Assembly: GCA_040752415.1 (NCBI GenBank)
Contig: JBFMGU010000109.1
Span: 1-33,981 of the forward strand
DNA: 33,981 nt
From: Myxococcota bacterium
GTDB taxonomy: Bacteria > Myxococcota > JACRCW01
Direction of reading: 5' to 3'
The notes below the pieces were generated by a model, which made no database searches, was not told where the DNA came from, and saw only the letters and a list, made by a program, of their open reading frames with translations. The first letter of the stretch is position 1. Every line of letters begins with the position of its first letter. Of this stretch, positions 19,007-28,558 are shown piece by piece. The position numbers and the translations under genes are program-made.

Positions 19007-20518
19007 ATGCTGGGACACCTGGGACCGCAACGAGTGCCACCTCTCACACCGGGCGGGACCCCGACGGTGATGCGACCACGCTCCGTGGTGGTGGTGGGCG
19101 CCGGGCCCGCGGGCATGGGCGCTGCCACGGTGCTCGCGGAGCGTGGTGTCGCGGTCACGCTCGTCGAGCGCGAGGCGTTCGTGGGGGGGCGCGCGGCGGC
19201 GTGGCTGGACCGGCTGAAGGACGGAACGCCGTTCCACATGCAGCGCGGCATCCACACGTTCCCTCGCCATCACTACAACGTGCGCGCATTGCTCCGTCGG
19301 GTGGATCCACGTCTCTCGTCGCTGGTGCGGCTTGAGGACCGCTTGCTGCTGGGGCCGCATGGCATGGAGGAGTCGTTCGGGAAGCTGCCGGCGTTGCCTC
19401 CGTTCAACGTCGTCAGCCTGTTGCGGCGCACACCCGCGCTGAGAACACGCAAGCTCCTGCGGGTGAACCTGCGCGCCACGCTGGAGATGCTGCGCTACGA
19501 CCCGGAGCGGACGTACACACTCTTCGACAAGCTCAGCGCCGCCGAATACCTGGACTCGCTCCGACTTCCCCACGACGTGCGCGAGGTGCTCTTCACGCCC
19601 ATTGCGCGCACGCTCTTCCATGCCGAGGACACCCTGAGCGCCGCGGAGCTGCTCCTGGCCATCCACGCGCAGATCCTGGCCAACGCGGAAGGGATGGTGC
19701 CCGACGTCATGAAGGTGCCCCTCTCCACGGCGTTGTGGGAGCCGTTGCTCCGGTATCTCGAGCAGTGCGGTGCCACGTTCCGTCCATCCACGACGGTGCG
19801 GGCGGTGGAGGGAGGGACCGACGGGGGCTGGCGGACCGTGCTCTCCGACGGAGACGTCATACCTTCCGACGGCGTGGTGCTCGCGACCACAGTGCCGGCG
19901 CTGAAGGCCATTGTGCACACGTCTCCCGCGCTGGGCGACGCGGACTGGCGTGACGACGTGATGCACGGTGAGGTGACGTCGGGATACGCGGCGTGGTGGT
20001 TGTGGTTGGATCAGCCGGTTTCCGCCACACGTCCTGCCTACGCGCAGACCACGGGCTTCGGGATCCTGGATGCCATCCTGTTGCCGCACTGGTTCTCCGA
20101 CGAGAGCGCACACTGGGCGGCGCGCACGGGTGGCTCGGTGGTGGCGCTCCACGCCTACGCGGTTCCACGCTCCATGGATGAAGCCGAGGCCAAGCGTGAG
20201 ATGCTGGAGGCGCTCTTTGGCTTGTACCCGGAGCTGCGTGGAGCGCGCGTTCTCGACGAGAGGTACGTGGTGGGCCACGACGCGCCGGCGTTCCCGCCCG
20301 GATCCATCGAGCACCGTTTGCGGGTGAGCACGCCGAGCGTGGGCGTGACCGTGGCCGGGGATCACGTGGCCATGGCATTGCCGACGGCGGTGATGGAACG
20401 CGCGGTGACGTCGGGGATCATGGCGGCGAATCACCTGTTGAACCTGTGGGGTGTGCGGGAGGAGATTGTGTGGAGCGTGCCCGCGCGCGGTCTGTTTCCG
20501 AGAGGAGTCATGGGATGA
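19007..20518 (+). CDS. FAD-dependent oxidoreductase, CrtU (isorenieratene synthase)-like
   Basis: VVVVGAGPAGM...VTLVERE..VGGR FAD-binding fold, GIHTFPRHHYN, GGSVVALHAYA, AGDHV, MERAVTSG. Start uncertain (19007 or about 19070). Confidence 0.72.
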   Translation: MLGHLGPQRVPPLTPGGTPTVMRPRSVVVVGAGPAGMGAATVLAERGVAVTLVEREAFVGGRAAAWLDRLKDGTPFHMQRGIHTFPRHHYNVRALLRRVDPRLSSLVRLEDRLLLGPHGMEESFGKLPALPPFNVVSLLRRTPALRTRKLLRVNLRATLEMLRYDPERTYTLFDKLSAAEYLDSLRLPHDVREVLFTPIARTLFHAEDTLSAAELLLAIHAQILANAEGMVPDVMKVPLSTALWEPLLRYLEQCGATFRPSTTVRAVEGGTDGGWRTVLSDGDVIPSDGVVLATTVPALKAIVHTSPALGDADWRDDVMHGEVTSGYAAWWLWLDQPVSATRPAYAQTTGFGILDAILLPHWFSDESAHWAARTGGSVVALHAYAVPRSMDEAEAKREMLEALFGLYPELRGARVLDERYVVGHDAPAFPPGSIEHRLRVSTPSVGVTVAGDHVAMALPTAVMERAVTSGIMAANHLLNLWGVREEIVWSVPARGLFPRGVMG

Positions 20519-22872
20519 GGCGAATGGTGCGGTGGGGGCTGGCGGCGTCGGGGTTGGCCCTGGCAGTGCTTGGCGCGGTGGCGTGCGTGCACCTGGATGG
20601 CTGGGCCCCGCGACGCAGCCAGACGATTCGCATGAAGGTCCTGGATGCGCCGGTCCGCGTGGATTTTGACGACGAGGGAATCCCGCACATCCAGACCGAG
20701 ACCGACCGTGATGCCGCGCGAGCCATGGGAATCGTCCACGCGCGGGACCGGCTGTGGCAGATGGAATTCCAGCGTCGCGTGGGGCGGGCGCGGATGGCGG
20801 AGCTGGTGGGAGAGCCCGGGCTTGCCGTCGACAAGTTCCTGCGCACCATTGGCGTTCCCGCCGCCGCGCAACGTTCCTATGACGCGCTCGACGCCGACAC
20901 GCGCCAGTGGCTGGAGGATTACGCGGCGGGCGTGAACGCGGCGGTGGAGACGTGGTCCGGACCGTTGCCGCCGGAGTTCATGCTGCTGCGCACAGCGTTC
21001 GAGCCGTGGACCGCCGTCGACACCATGGCGTGGGCCAAGATCATGGCGTGGGACCTGGCCTCCAACTACCAGGATGAGCTCATCCGCGCGCGCCTGCTGC
21101 GCGAAGGACTCAGTGCCGCCGACGTGGCGGACCTCATGCCGGACTATCCGCAAGGCGCGCCCGCCATCCTCAACGCGGTACAACCCGGGAAGCTCTCCGC
21201 GCTGCTCTCCGCCGTCGACGCGGCAGGACTGCGCGGCGACCCGCAGGCGAGCAACAGCTGGGTGGTGGCGGGGAGTCGGACGTTCTCCGGCAAGCCCCTG
21301 CTCGCCAACGACCCGCACCTGGGCACCTCCGCGCCGAGCCTCTGGTACCTCATGCACGTGAAGGCCCCGTCGTTCGAGGTCATTGGGGCGAGTCTTCCCG
21401 GGACACCGGTGGTGTTGATTGGTCGGAACTCACGCGTGGCGTGGGGGCTGACGAACCTGATGGTCGATAACCAGGATCTCTTCGTCTACGAGACGGACCC
21501 GGCGGATTCCAACCGCTACCTCGTCGACGGGCGCAGCGAGCCGTTCACGATCCGCGTCGAGGAGATCCGGGTGAAGGATGCGCCCACGGTGACGCTCCGT
21601 GTGCGGGAGACGCGCAACGGCCCCATCATCGACGACATTGTCAGCGACCCGGAGCCCGGTCCGGTGATGGCGTTCCGGTGGACCGGCTTGGACACCGAGG
21701 ACCCCACGCTGCGTGCGGTGATCAAGATGAACCGCGCGCGCAACCTCGAGCAGTTCCAGGAGGCGCTGAAGGACTGGCACAGCGGCGCGCAGAACATCGT
21801 GTACGCGGATGACGTCGGGAACATTGCCATGTTCACCGTGGGCGCGGTGCCGCTGCGCGGGCTTGGGAATGGCACGGTTCCCTCGGAGGGAGCGCACAGC
21901 TCGCACGAGTGGGCGGGGTACATTCCGGCGGAGGAGCTGCCGCGGGTCATCAATCCCAAGGAGGGATTCATCATCACCGCGAACAACAAGGTCGTGGGGG
22001 ATGACTACCCGTACTTCATCTCCAGCGCGTTCGCGCAGCCGTACCGTTATCAACGCATCCGCGACATCCTGGAGCCGGCCAGGCCCATCACGCGTCAGAC
22101 GATGATCGCGGCGCAGATGAGCACCATCTCGCTCCACGCGCGCCAGTTCGCTCCCTACCTGCGGAAGGCCCGTCCCGACGGAGCAACCGCGCAGGCGGCG
22201 TTGAAGGTGGTGCAAGACTGGGATGGCGACATGCGCGCGGACCTGGTGGCGCCCAGCGTGTTCTCCGCCTGGTACCGGTTCCTGGTGCGCGCGTTGGCGG
22301 AGGATGACCTGGGCAAGGTGTTCCCGGATTGGTGGGACGAGTATCCCGGGTTTGTCGACGTGGCCATGCGCGGCGCCGGCAGCCGTGACTGGTGCGACGA
22401 CCGTCGGACCCCCACGCGCGAGAGCTGCGAGGACATCTCCACGCGCGCTTTGAACGAAGCGGTCAGCTGGCTGCGCGAGACCATGGGTCCCGACGTCAAC
22501 GACTGGCGCTGGGGTCGGCTGCACACCACGTTCTTCCCGCACCGCGTGCTGGAGAAGGTGGCCATGGCGGGGACGTTCTTCAACATCCGCTCGTCGCAGG
22601 GCGGTGATTCCTACACGCCCAACGTGTCGCCTCCGTCGTGGCGGAAGGTTCCCTTCGAGGCGCGCCATCACCCGAGCTACCGCCAGGTCATTGACATGTC
22701 CGACCCCGAAGCGTCGTTGTTCATCCACGGCACCGGGCAGAGCGGGCACCCGTTCAGCGCGGGATACGGCAGTTTCAACGGTCGCTGGCAGATGGGCGGA
22801 TTCGTCCCCATGCAGATGGGCGCGTTGTCGGGACGCGTCAGCACGACGTTGACGTTGGAGCCGGCGAAGTAG
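20515..22872 (+). CDS. Penicillin acylase family (peptidase S45, Ntn hydrolase)
   Basis: GIPHI, HARDRLWQME, beta-chain nucleophile SNSWVV, LLANDPHL, TRNGP, TANN, WRWGRLH, GQSGHPFS. ATGA overlap with the upstream gene. Confidence 0.93.
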   Translation: MRRMVRWGLAASGLALAVLGAVACVHLDGWAPRRSQTIRMKVLDAPVRVDFDDEGIPHIQTETDRDAARAMGIVHARDRLWQMEFQRRVGRARMAELVGEPGLAVDKFLRTIGVPAAAQRSYDALDADTRQWLEDYAAGVNAAVETWSGPLPPEFMLLRTAFEPWTAVDTMAWAKIMAWDLASNYQDELIRARLLREGLSAADVADLMPDYPQGAPAILNAVQPGKLSALLSAVDAAGLRGDPQASNSWVVAGSRTFSGKPLLANDPHLGTSAPSLWYLMHVKAPSFEVIGASLPGTPVVLIGRNSRVAWGLTNLMVDNQDLFVYETDPADSNRYLVDGRSEPFTIRVEEIRVKDAPTVTLRVRETRNGPIIDDIVSDPEPGPVMAFRWTGLDTEDPTLRAVIKMNRARNLEQFQEALKDWHSGAQNIVYADDVGNIAMFTVGAVPLRGLGNGTVPSEGAHSSHEWAGYIPAEELPRVINPKEGFIITANNKVVGDDYPYFISSAFAQPYRYQRIRDILEPARPITRQTMIAAQMSTISLHARQFAPYLRKARPDGATAQAALKVVQDWDGDMRADLVAPSVFSAWYRFLVRALAEDDLGKVFPDWWDEYPGFVDVAMRGAGSRDWCDDRRTPTRESCEDISTRALNEAVSWLRETMGPDVNDWRWGRLHTTFFPHRVLEKVAMAGTFFNIRSSQGGDSYTPNVSPPSWRKVPFEARHHPSYRQVIDMSDPEASLFIHGTGQSGHPFSAGYGSFNGRWQMGGFVPMQMGALSGRVSTTLTLEPAK

Positions 22873-23170
22873 GGGCACTGCCAGAGCAGAATGCCCATCG
22901 GGCATGCAAACGTCGTGAGCGGGCCGCGACCTGGAGTGCGGCGGGCCCTCGCCGCCCTGGTCAGCGCCGAATGCGTCGTCAACAGGTGACCGCGGGCCCG
23001 GACTCCGCGACGACGGGGAATGCGCCGCGGCTGCGCAAGGCGGTCCAATCGGCGTGTGGTGGAACCCGCTCGGCGCTGGCCAGGGCGGCGAGGGCCCGCC
23101 GCACTCCAGGTCGCGGCCCGCTCACGACGTCAGCGGGCCCGATGGGCATTCTGTTCAGGCGCAGCCACTA
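22870..23170. mobile_element. Long inverted-repeat element (MITE/REPIN-like), about 300 bp
   Basis: 84-bp arms 22887-22970 and 23070-23153 (5 mismatches) around a 99-bp spacer. The arms extend imperfectly to TAG (22870) and CTA (23170). Confidence 0.7.
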
Positions 23171-23218
23171 ACCCGCGCCTGCCAAGGCGTTGTAGCCTTG
23201 CACGGACGGGAGGCTTCC

Positions 23219-23525
23219 ATGCGCGGATTCCTGGCGGCGGTGGCTCTGGTGACATTCACGGCGGGATGGCAGGTGGGCGCCGCCCACGCGGGAGCGGAGG
23301 ACGTCATTGCCCCCGAGTGCGGTGATGACGTCGCCGCGGGTCCTCGTCGTCGTCGACGTGCTCCACCACCGCCGCGGTGTGAAAGTGCCCCGACGGGACG
23401 AAGATCTGTTGCCCGGACTGCTCCCTGTGGGTGGGCAAGACCTGTCAGTGCGATTGCAGCACGAAGAAGTGTGGCTGCGTCTCCGAGTGAGCCCTCAGCT
23501 CGACGTCAAAGCGAAGACCTCGTAA
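23219..23525 (+). pseudogene. Probable small exported protein split by a +1 frameshift (pseudogene or sequencing error)
   Basis: GGAGG RBS and signal peptide MRGFLAAVALVTFTAGWQVGAAHA; removing one G at 23290-23292 joins it to the 23307-23525 frame (ERRTSLPPSAVMTSPRVLVVVDVL...). Confidence 0.45.
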
Positions 23526-25276
23526 CTGCTGGGCGTGAGCACCACGGGAAGCCCCTCCGTGGACACCTGTCGCAACGGCATCACCACGTGGCTCGCGGAA
23601 CCGATGCGCGAACGGGCCTCGAGCATGCGCGCGGACCCGGGGAATGCCTCGCGGAGGGCTTCCCGTGGAATGCGGATGCGTGTGCGCTGCGATTCCGTCG
23701 AATGGAGATTCACCGCCACCAGCACGGCGCTCGTCGTCGTCACGCGGAGGAATGCGTGCACCCAGTGACCATGGTCGCCGAACGAGGCGTGCTCCTGGTT
23801 GGCGGGGTTGAGCGGAACGTGCTTCGCGCTGGTGGAGAAAACGGGTTCCGCGGCCAGGGCGATAAGCTGCGCGTAATGTTGCACGACGTGCCGAGGACCT
23901 GGGGGCAGGCTCGTGACGTCGTAACCGGCCCGGTGCAGCGCGCGCAGCAGAGGTGGTGACCAGTAGTCGAAAATGGACGTGCGTCCGTCCTCGCCGCCGA
24001 ATCCCTCGTTGCCGGCACCGTCCTCGCCGAGCTCCTGGCCTGCGTAGAACAACAACGGTGCGCCGCTGGAGAGAAACAGGGACGCGGATGCGGCCAGCCC
24101 CGCCGTCGGTGAGCCGTAGCCGGTGTCACCCGGTCCGCCATTGGGAACCACGGGTGAAGCCGCGCGCCGCTCGTCGTGGTTCTCCGCGTAACGGCAATAG
24201 CGGTCCGCCAGCGTCGGATGACGACGTGCATCCAGGTCATTCGCCCAGCTCACACCGCTGGCAACCTGGCGGGTCACGTTGAAGGACACGTGGTCGTACA
24301 CGGCGTCAAAGCCGCCCAGCGTGATCAGCCGTTCCACCGACGTGCCGGGGGGCGTGCCCGGCAACGGGTTCCCGTGTCCGTCGTCGTACGCTTCCGCGAG
24401 GAAATACGTTTCCGGCCTTCGCTGGCGCGCACGCGTGGTCACGAACGACCAGAACTCGACGGGAACCCAGTGGGCGAAGTCGCAACGGAACCCGTCGACG
24501 CCCTGTTGCTGCCAGTAGGCGAGGATGGCGTCCATCTTGTCCCAGAGAAGGGGCCGCGGGTGGAAGGCGCAGTGGTTGTCGACGAAGTTGTAGCCGTAGT
24601 TGAGCTTGACCGTTTCATACCAGTCCTGCGGGCCCACCACGACGGAAGTCTGGTTGTTCCCCGTGGCCCTCGGCGTGCGCCCGCCGCCTCCGTCCTCCAG
24701 TGCGAAGCGTCCGTCCGTCCCGGGAACCCGCCAGTGGTCGGGCGCGCGGATGTGCAGGCGCTGCCCAGGCGGTTCCACGAGGTGGAAGAAGTCGTTGCGC
24801 GGAGAGAAGAACACGCTTGTGTCGTCGTCACGACCGAAGTCACGCTCTGGGAACACGGTGCCCGCGTATGCGCGTGACACGTGGTTGGGCACGAAGTCCA
24901 GCAGGACCGTGAGTCCCCCGTCGTGGAGACGGTCCAGGAGCGCGCGGAATTCGTCGCGTCGACGTGACGGGTCGTCCGCCAGGTCGGGATGGACGTCGTA
25001 GTAGTCCTTGATGGCGTACGGACTCCCGGCGCGGCCCTTCACCACGTCGGGATCGTCGCCGGGGAGGCCGGGATGCGAGGTCACCGTGGCGTGGCGGATG
25101 ACGCCGGTGAGCCAGACGTGGGTGATGCCCAGCTCGCGCAGGTAGCGCACGGCACGGTGATCCACCGACGAGAAGCGGCCGCAGCCATTGGTCTCAATGT
25201 CCCCAGCCCAGGCGTTCGTGGACCGTGGGTTCCCAAAGACGCGCAGGAAGAGCTGGTAGATGCGCGGTCGCGTCAT
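23495..25276 (-). CDS. GH13 alpha-amylase family glycoside hydrolase
   Basis: GSPYAIKDYYDV, DFVPNH, GFRCDFAH (nucleophile Asp), FLAEAY (acid/base Glu), AENHDE. ATG 25276 overlaps the upstream stop. Confidence 0.92.
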   Translation of the reverse strand: MTRPRIYQLFLRVFGNPRSTNAWAGDIETNGCGRFSSVDHRAVRYLRELGITHVWLTGVIRHATVTSHPGLPGDDPDVVKGRAGSPYAIKDYYDVHPDLADDPSRRRDEFRALLDRLHDGGLTVLLDFVPNHVSRAYAGTVFPERDFGRDDDTSVFFSPRNDFFHLVEPPGQRLHIRAPDHWRVPGTDGRFALEDGGGGRTPRATGNNQTSVVVGPQDWYETVKLNYGYNFVDNHCAFHPRPLLWDKMDAILAYWQQQGVDGFRCDFAHWVPVEFWSFVTTRARQRRPETYFLAEAYDDGHGNPLPGTPPGTSVERLITLGGFDAVYDHVSFNVTRQVASGVSWANDLDARRHPTLADRYCRYAENHDERRAASPVVPNGGPGDTGYGSPTAGLAASASLFLSSGAPLLFYAGQELGEDGAGNEGFGGEDGRTSIFDYWSPPLLRALHRAGYDVTSLPPGPRHVVQHYAQLIALAAEPVFSTSAKHVPLNPANQEHASFGDHGHWVHAFLRVTTTSAVLVAVNLHSTESQRTRIRIPREALREAFPGSARMLEARSRIGSASHVVMPLRQVSTEGLPVVLTPSSYEVFALTSS

Positions 25277-27009
25277 GGCGAGATGGTCTGCAGGTTGGTG
25301 CCGCCCGCGTACATGTAGCTGGTGTCGACGCCGTAGCCGTACACGACGATGCCCACCGGCAGGCTCGCGCGCACCTCGTGGAATTCCGGCGTCCGCGGCA
25401 GGGGGACGCGGGCCACGCGCCACGACGAGCCTGAGACGCGTTGGAACGCCGTCTCCGGAACGGGGGCATTGTCCAACCGCACCACCGCGGCCAGCGGCGC
25501 AATGATGTTGACGTAGCTCTCGTCGTACGTGGACGACGCAATGAAGATGTAGCGGCTGCGGAACTGCTCCGTGGGCACGGCGAGCGCCATGGACGGATCA
25601 CCCCTGGCGCCGGGGGTGATGGTGGAACCCTGCATGAAGTGCGCAACCAGGAGCGGCGCGGTGCCGGTGATGTGCACGTCCTGGGAGACGGCAAGGACGT
25701 CCAGGGGCTTCTCGCCCGGCTGCAGCGTGGCACTCGTGGCGACGGGCGGATCAAATGTCACGGTGCTGAATCCCTGCGCCGCGGACAAGCGCAGCATGTG
25801 GTTCGCGGTCACGCCACCCGGCGTGGCGGGCACCGTGACGACGTACTCGCGACCCAGCGTGTCGGACGGCGCATGCGTCTCCTCGAGGTGATCGCAGTAC
25901 GCGACGGTGAGGTCCGGCACGTTGGCGCAGATGTGCCCGCCGACGACCATGACGGGTCGCGAGGCCTGGATGCGCGTGCCGCTGAGATCCGCGTCGAGCA
26001 GGTCCTGCGACGAGAACACCTGCAGCACGTCGCCCTCGTTCAGGACGGCGGTGCCGGATCCGTCGCCGCGGATTCCTCCGCCTTCCGCCGCGGTGTCGGA
26101 ACCCGCGCCGGTGACGCTGACGGTGGTGTTGTCCTGCGTGGCGGTGACGGAGATGAACCCACCCACGCCCTGCGAGGGCCACGACATCACCGTGTAGCTG
26201 GTGCCCAGCACGTGGGAGGGCAGCAGCAGCGAGGCGTCGTTGGAGAAGGAGCGGCACGGTGGGTCGCCGGGGCAGTTGGCGACGTTGTCCAGGCGGTACT
26301 CCAGCGGACTGAACTGGTACACGGTCACCGGCAGCGTGCTGCGCAACCGGTACGCGCTGTCGACGACGACACGCGAAGCGCCCGGCAGCGGTGGAACCAC
26401 GAGCTCGTCGAAATCACCGCCTTTCAGCTCGTCCACCCAGGGTAGCGTGGTCACCTCGATGCTGTTCGCGTTGACGATGAAGGAGGCCAGCACCACCCCC
26501 GCGTGCGAGATGGTCACCGACGTGGGCACGCTCTCCGTGTTGGCCACCGCCACCGCGTAGCTGAAGCGGCGGTACACGGCGTTCGGCGTGACGGTGGGCC
26601 AGTAGTCACAGCCGAAGTAGTCCGCATCCAGGCTGCCCGCCGAGCACGCACCCACGCAGCGCCCCAGGGAAGGATCGCAACCCAGGCCCAGCAGCGGGTC
26701 GCAATCCTCTTCGGTGAGCACGCCGTTGGCGTCACACACGCCGGAGACCTGGCCCGCGCACACGGCGGTGTTGGGCGTGCAGACCGGCCCGCCGCTGGAG
26801 CCGCTTCCGCCGGAGGAGCTGGCGCCGCCGGAGCTGCTTCCGCCGAGCACGGGGCGGGGCCTTTCGTCGTCGGGAAGGGCGGCGGGATCATCCTGGCAGA
26901 GGCCGCTCACGCACGCCTGCGTGGACGGACATTGGCTGCTGTCCAGGCATTCCAGGCATCCCACCCACAACGCGCACAACGGGATCAGCAGCCACACGCG
27001 GCATGTCAT
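25273..27009 (-). CDS. IgGFc-binding-protein N-terminal-domain lipoprotein
   Basis: Lipobox-like WVGC, Cys modules, GCDYWPT, VTVYQFSPL, SNDASLLLP..LG..Y, CDHLEE, GDPSM, VYGY..SYMYAGG. Confidence 0.82.
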   Translation of the reverse strand: MTCRVWLLIPLCALWVGCLECLDSSQCPSTQACVSGLCQDDPAALPDDERPRPVLGGSSSGGASSSGGSGSSGGPVCTPNTAVCAGQVSGVCDANGVLTEEDCDPLLGLGCDPSLGRCVGACSAGSLDADYFGCDYWPTVTPNAVYRRFSYAVAVANTESVPTSVTISHAGVVLASFIVNANSIEVTTLPWVDELKGGDFDELVVPPLPGASRVVVDSAYRLRSTLPVTVYQFSPLEYRLDNVANCPGDPPCRSFSNDASLLLPSHVLGTSYTVMSWPSQGVGGFISVTATQDNTTVSVTGAGSDTAAEGGGIRGDGSGTAVLNEGDVLQVFSSQDLLDADLSGTRIQASRPVMVVGGHICANVPDLTVAYCDHLEETHAPSDTLGREYVVTVPATPGGVTANHMLRLSAAQGFSTVTFDPPVATSATLQPGEKPLDVLAVSQDVHITGTAPLLVAHFMQGSTITPGARGDPSMALAVPTEQFRSRYIFIASSTYDESYVNIIAPLAAVVRLDNAPVPETAFQRVSGSSWRVARVPLPRTPEFHEVRASLPVGIVVYGYGVDTSYMYAGGTNLQTISP

Positions 27010-27151
27010 GGAAACTCGCACCTCTGCGACCCCGTGTTGCCGCAGTCATGCCACCGGCAACGCGCATCCGCCAGATCGACGTGCGGTCCGGGAACCCCGC
27101 AGCTCTTGCGGTGTCCAACGGGGAAGGTCCGGGCGGGACCACGGAGCACGC

Positions 27152-27799
27152 ATGAAGGGGCCGGTGACGCTGCTGTGTCATGTGGCGCTGATCTCGAGCC
27201 TGGTGGTGGGCACCGTGGCGGCGGGCCCGCCGGAGCATCCCGTGGTGGTGGTGATTCCCATGGGCGCGGTGGACGCGGTGCTGGTGGATTCCGTGGTCAA
27301 CACGCTGCGGGAAGTCACGTTGATGGAAGTCCGCGTGGACCCCGCCCGCGCGTTCCCCGACGGCGCCTATGACGCGCTATCTGGCCGCTACCACGCGGAT
27401 GCCGCGCTCGACGACGTGGAGGACCGCTTCCCGCGCGGTGCGTGGAAGGCGCTGGTGGTCACGCAGGAGGAGCTGAGCGTGGCGGAGCACGGCATGCCGG
27501 ACCGCACCCTGGTGGGATGGGCACGCGTGCGTGGCAAGAGCGCCATTGTCTCCGTGCGGACCATGATCACGCGCAGTCACACCCTGGCGTCGCTGCAGCG
27601 TCGGGTGGGCAACCTGGTGCTGCACGAGGTGGGGCACACGCTGGGGCTGCGCCACTGTCCCGTCGGGGGATGCGTCATGGCGGACTCCGGAGGCAGCCCC
27701 GTGACGTGGGCAGACCGGAGTACCCAGGGCTACTGCGTGCTCTGTCGTCTGCGTCTGCGCCAGGGCCTGTTGCGTCCACTCCGCGGCAGCACCGTGTGA
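27152..27799 (+). CDS. Archaemetzincin-like Zn metalloprotease (M54)
   Basis: HEVGHTLGLRHC, CVM Met-turn, YCVLC; N-terminal signal-like stretch. Confidence 0.82.
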   Translation: MKGPVTLLCHVALISSLVVGTVAAGPPEHPVVVVIPMGAVDAVLVDSVVNTLREVTLMEVRVDPARAFPDGAYDALSGRYHADAALDDVEDRFPRGAWKALVVTQEELSVAEHGMPDRTLVGWARVRGKSAIVSVRTMITRSHTLASLQRRVGNLVLHEVGHTLGLRHCPVGGCVMADSGGSPVTWADRSTQGYCVLCRLRLRQGLLRPLRGSTV

Positions 27800-27808
27800 C
27801 GACGGAGA

Positions 27809-28558
27809 TCAGCCGGGAGGCGGCAGCGTGACCAGGAAGTCGCCCGAACCGCCGGAAGGCACCACCAGCGCCTGGTAGCGCCACACGCCATCCTCCCCGC
27901 GCTTGCCGGGCGCGAGCACCGCGCGTTGCTCGCCACGCATTTCCACGTCGACCAGCGGCATGCCCTGGCCCTGGTAGCCGGCCAGCGGTCGCAGGCGCAG
28001 GCACAAGCGACGCTCACTGCGTTCCCAGGCGCCGTCGGGGGTGCGCCAGTCGTCGTGGGTCATGGTGGTGGTGAAACGCAACTCCACCAACGTGATCTTG
28101 CCGGCCGGCAACGTGACCCGACCGCGCACCACGTGTCCGCGCGCTGGCCCCGTGGTCATTCCCGTCGGTGGGTCACCGCACATGGCGTCGGGGATGGGCG
28201 CGCGATCCACGGAAGTGCCATGGGCCACGGCGGTCCCGTCCACCAGGAGCTGCACGTTCCGCCACGGCGGAGCGGGCTCCTTGGCACCGTCCATCTCCAC
28301 CGTCCTCACGGCGGCGGGAAAGGCAACCTGCGTGGTGCGGGAGGCGCCACGCGGCTTGAGGCCGTACACCACGGAGACGTCGGCGTCGATCCCGCGCACC
28401 AGCACGGAAGCGCGCACGGTGACGACGTCAACGGTGGGCTCCGCCACGAGCAGCAGGCCCCCGGCACCCGCGAAGCCGGACTGGGAGCGCGGTCCCGCGT
28501 GGGCCGCTGTCGACGACAAGACAACGACCAGCGACGTCACGAGGAAGGAACGTGTCAT
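27809..28558 (-). CDS. Exported hypothetical protein
   Basis: Signal peptide ending AHA, beta-rich body (QVAFP, VQLLVDG); ATGA overlap with the TPR gene. Confidence 0.6.
   Translation of the reverse strand: MTRSFLVTSLVVVLSSTAAHAGPRSQSGFAGAGGLLLVAEPTVDVVTVRASVLVRGIDADVSVVYGLKPRGASRTTQVAFPAAVRTVEMDGAKEPAPPWRNVQLLVDGTAVAHGTSVDRAPIPDAMCGDPPTGMTTGPARGHVVRGRVTLPAGKITLVELRFTTTMTHDDWRTPDGAWERSERRLCLRLRPLAGYQGQGMPLVDVEMRGEQRAVLAPGKRGEDGVWRYQALVVPSGGSGDFLVTLPPPG

Noticed and set aside
18863..20434. N-terminal 524 aa of the 691-aa minus-strand ORF (apparent giant cytochrome fusion)
   Set aside because: Antisense to the CrtU-like gene; the cytochrome begins at its own signal peptide at 18862.
23054..23959. 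301-aa plus-strand ORF
   Set aside because: Starts inside the inverted-repeat element and runs antisense into the amylase; only 23219-23290 looks coding.
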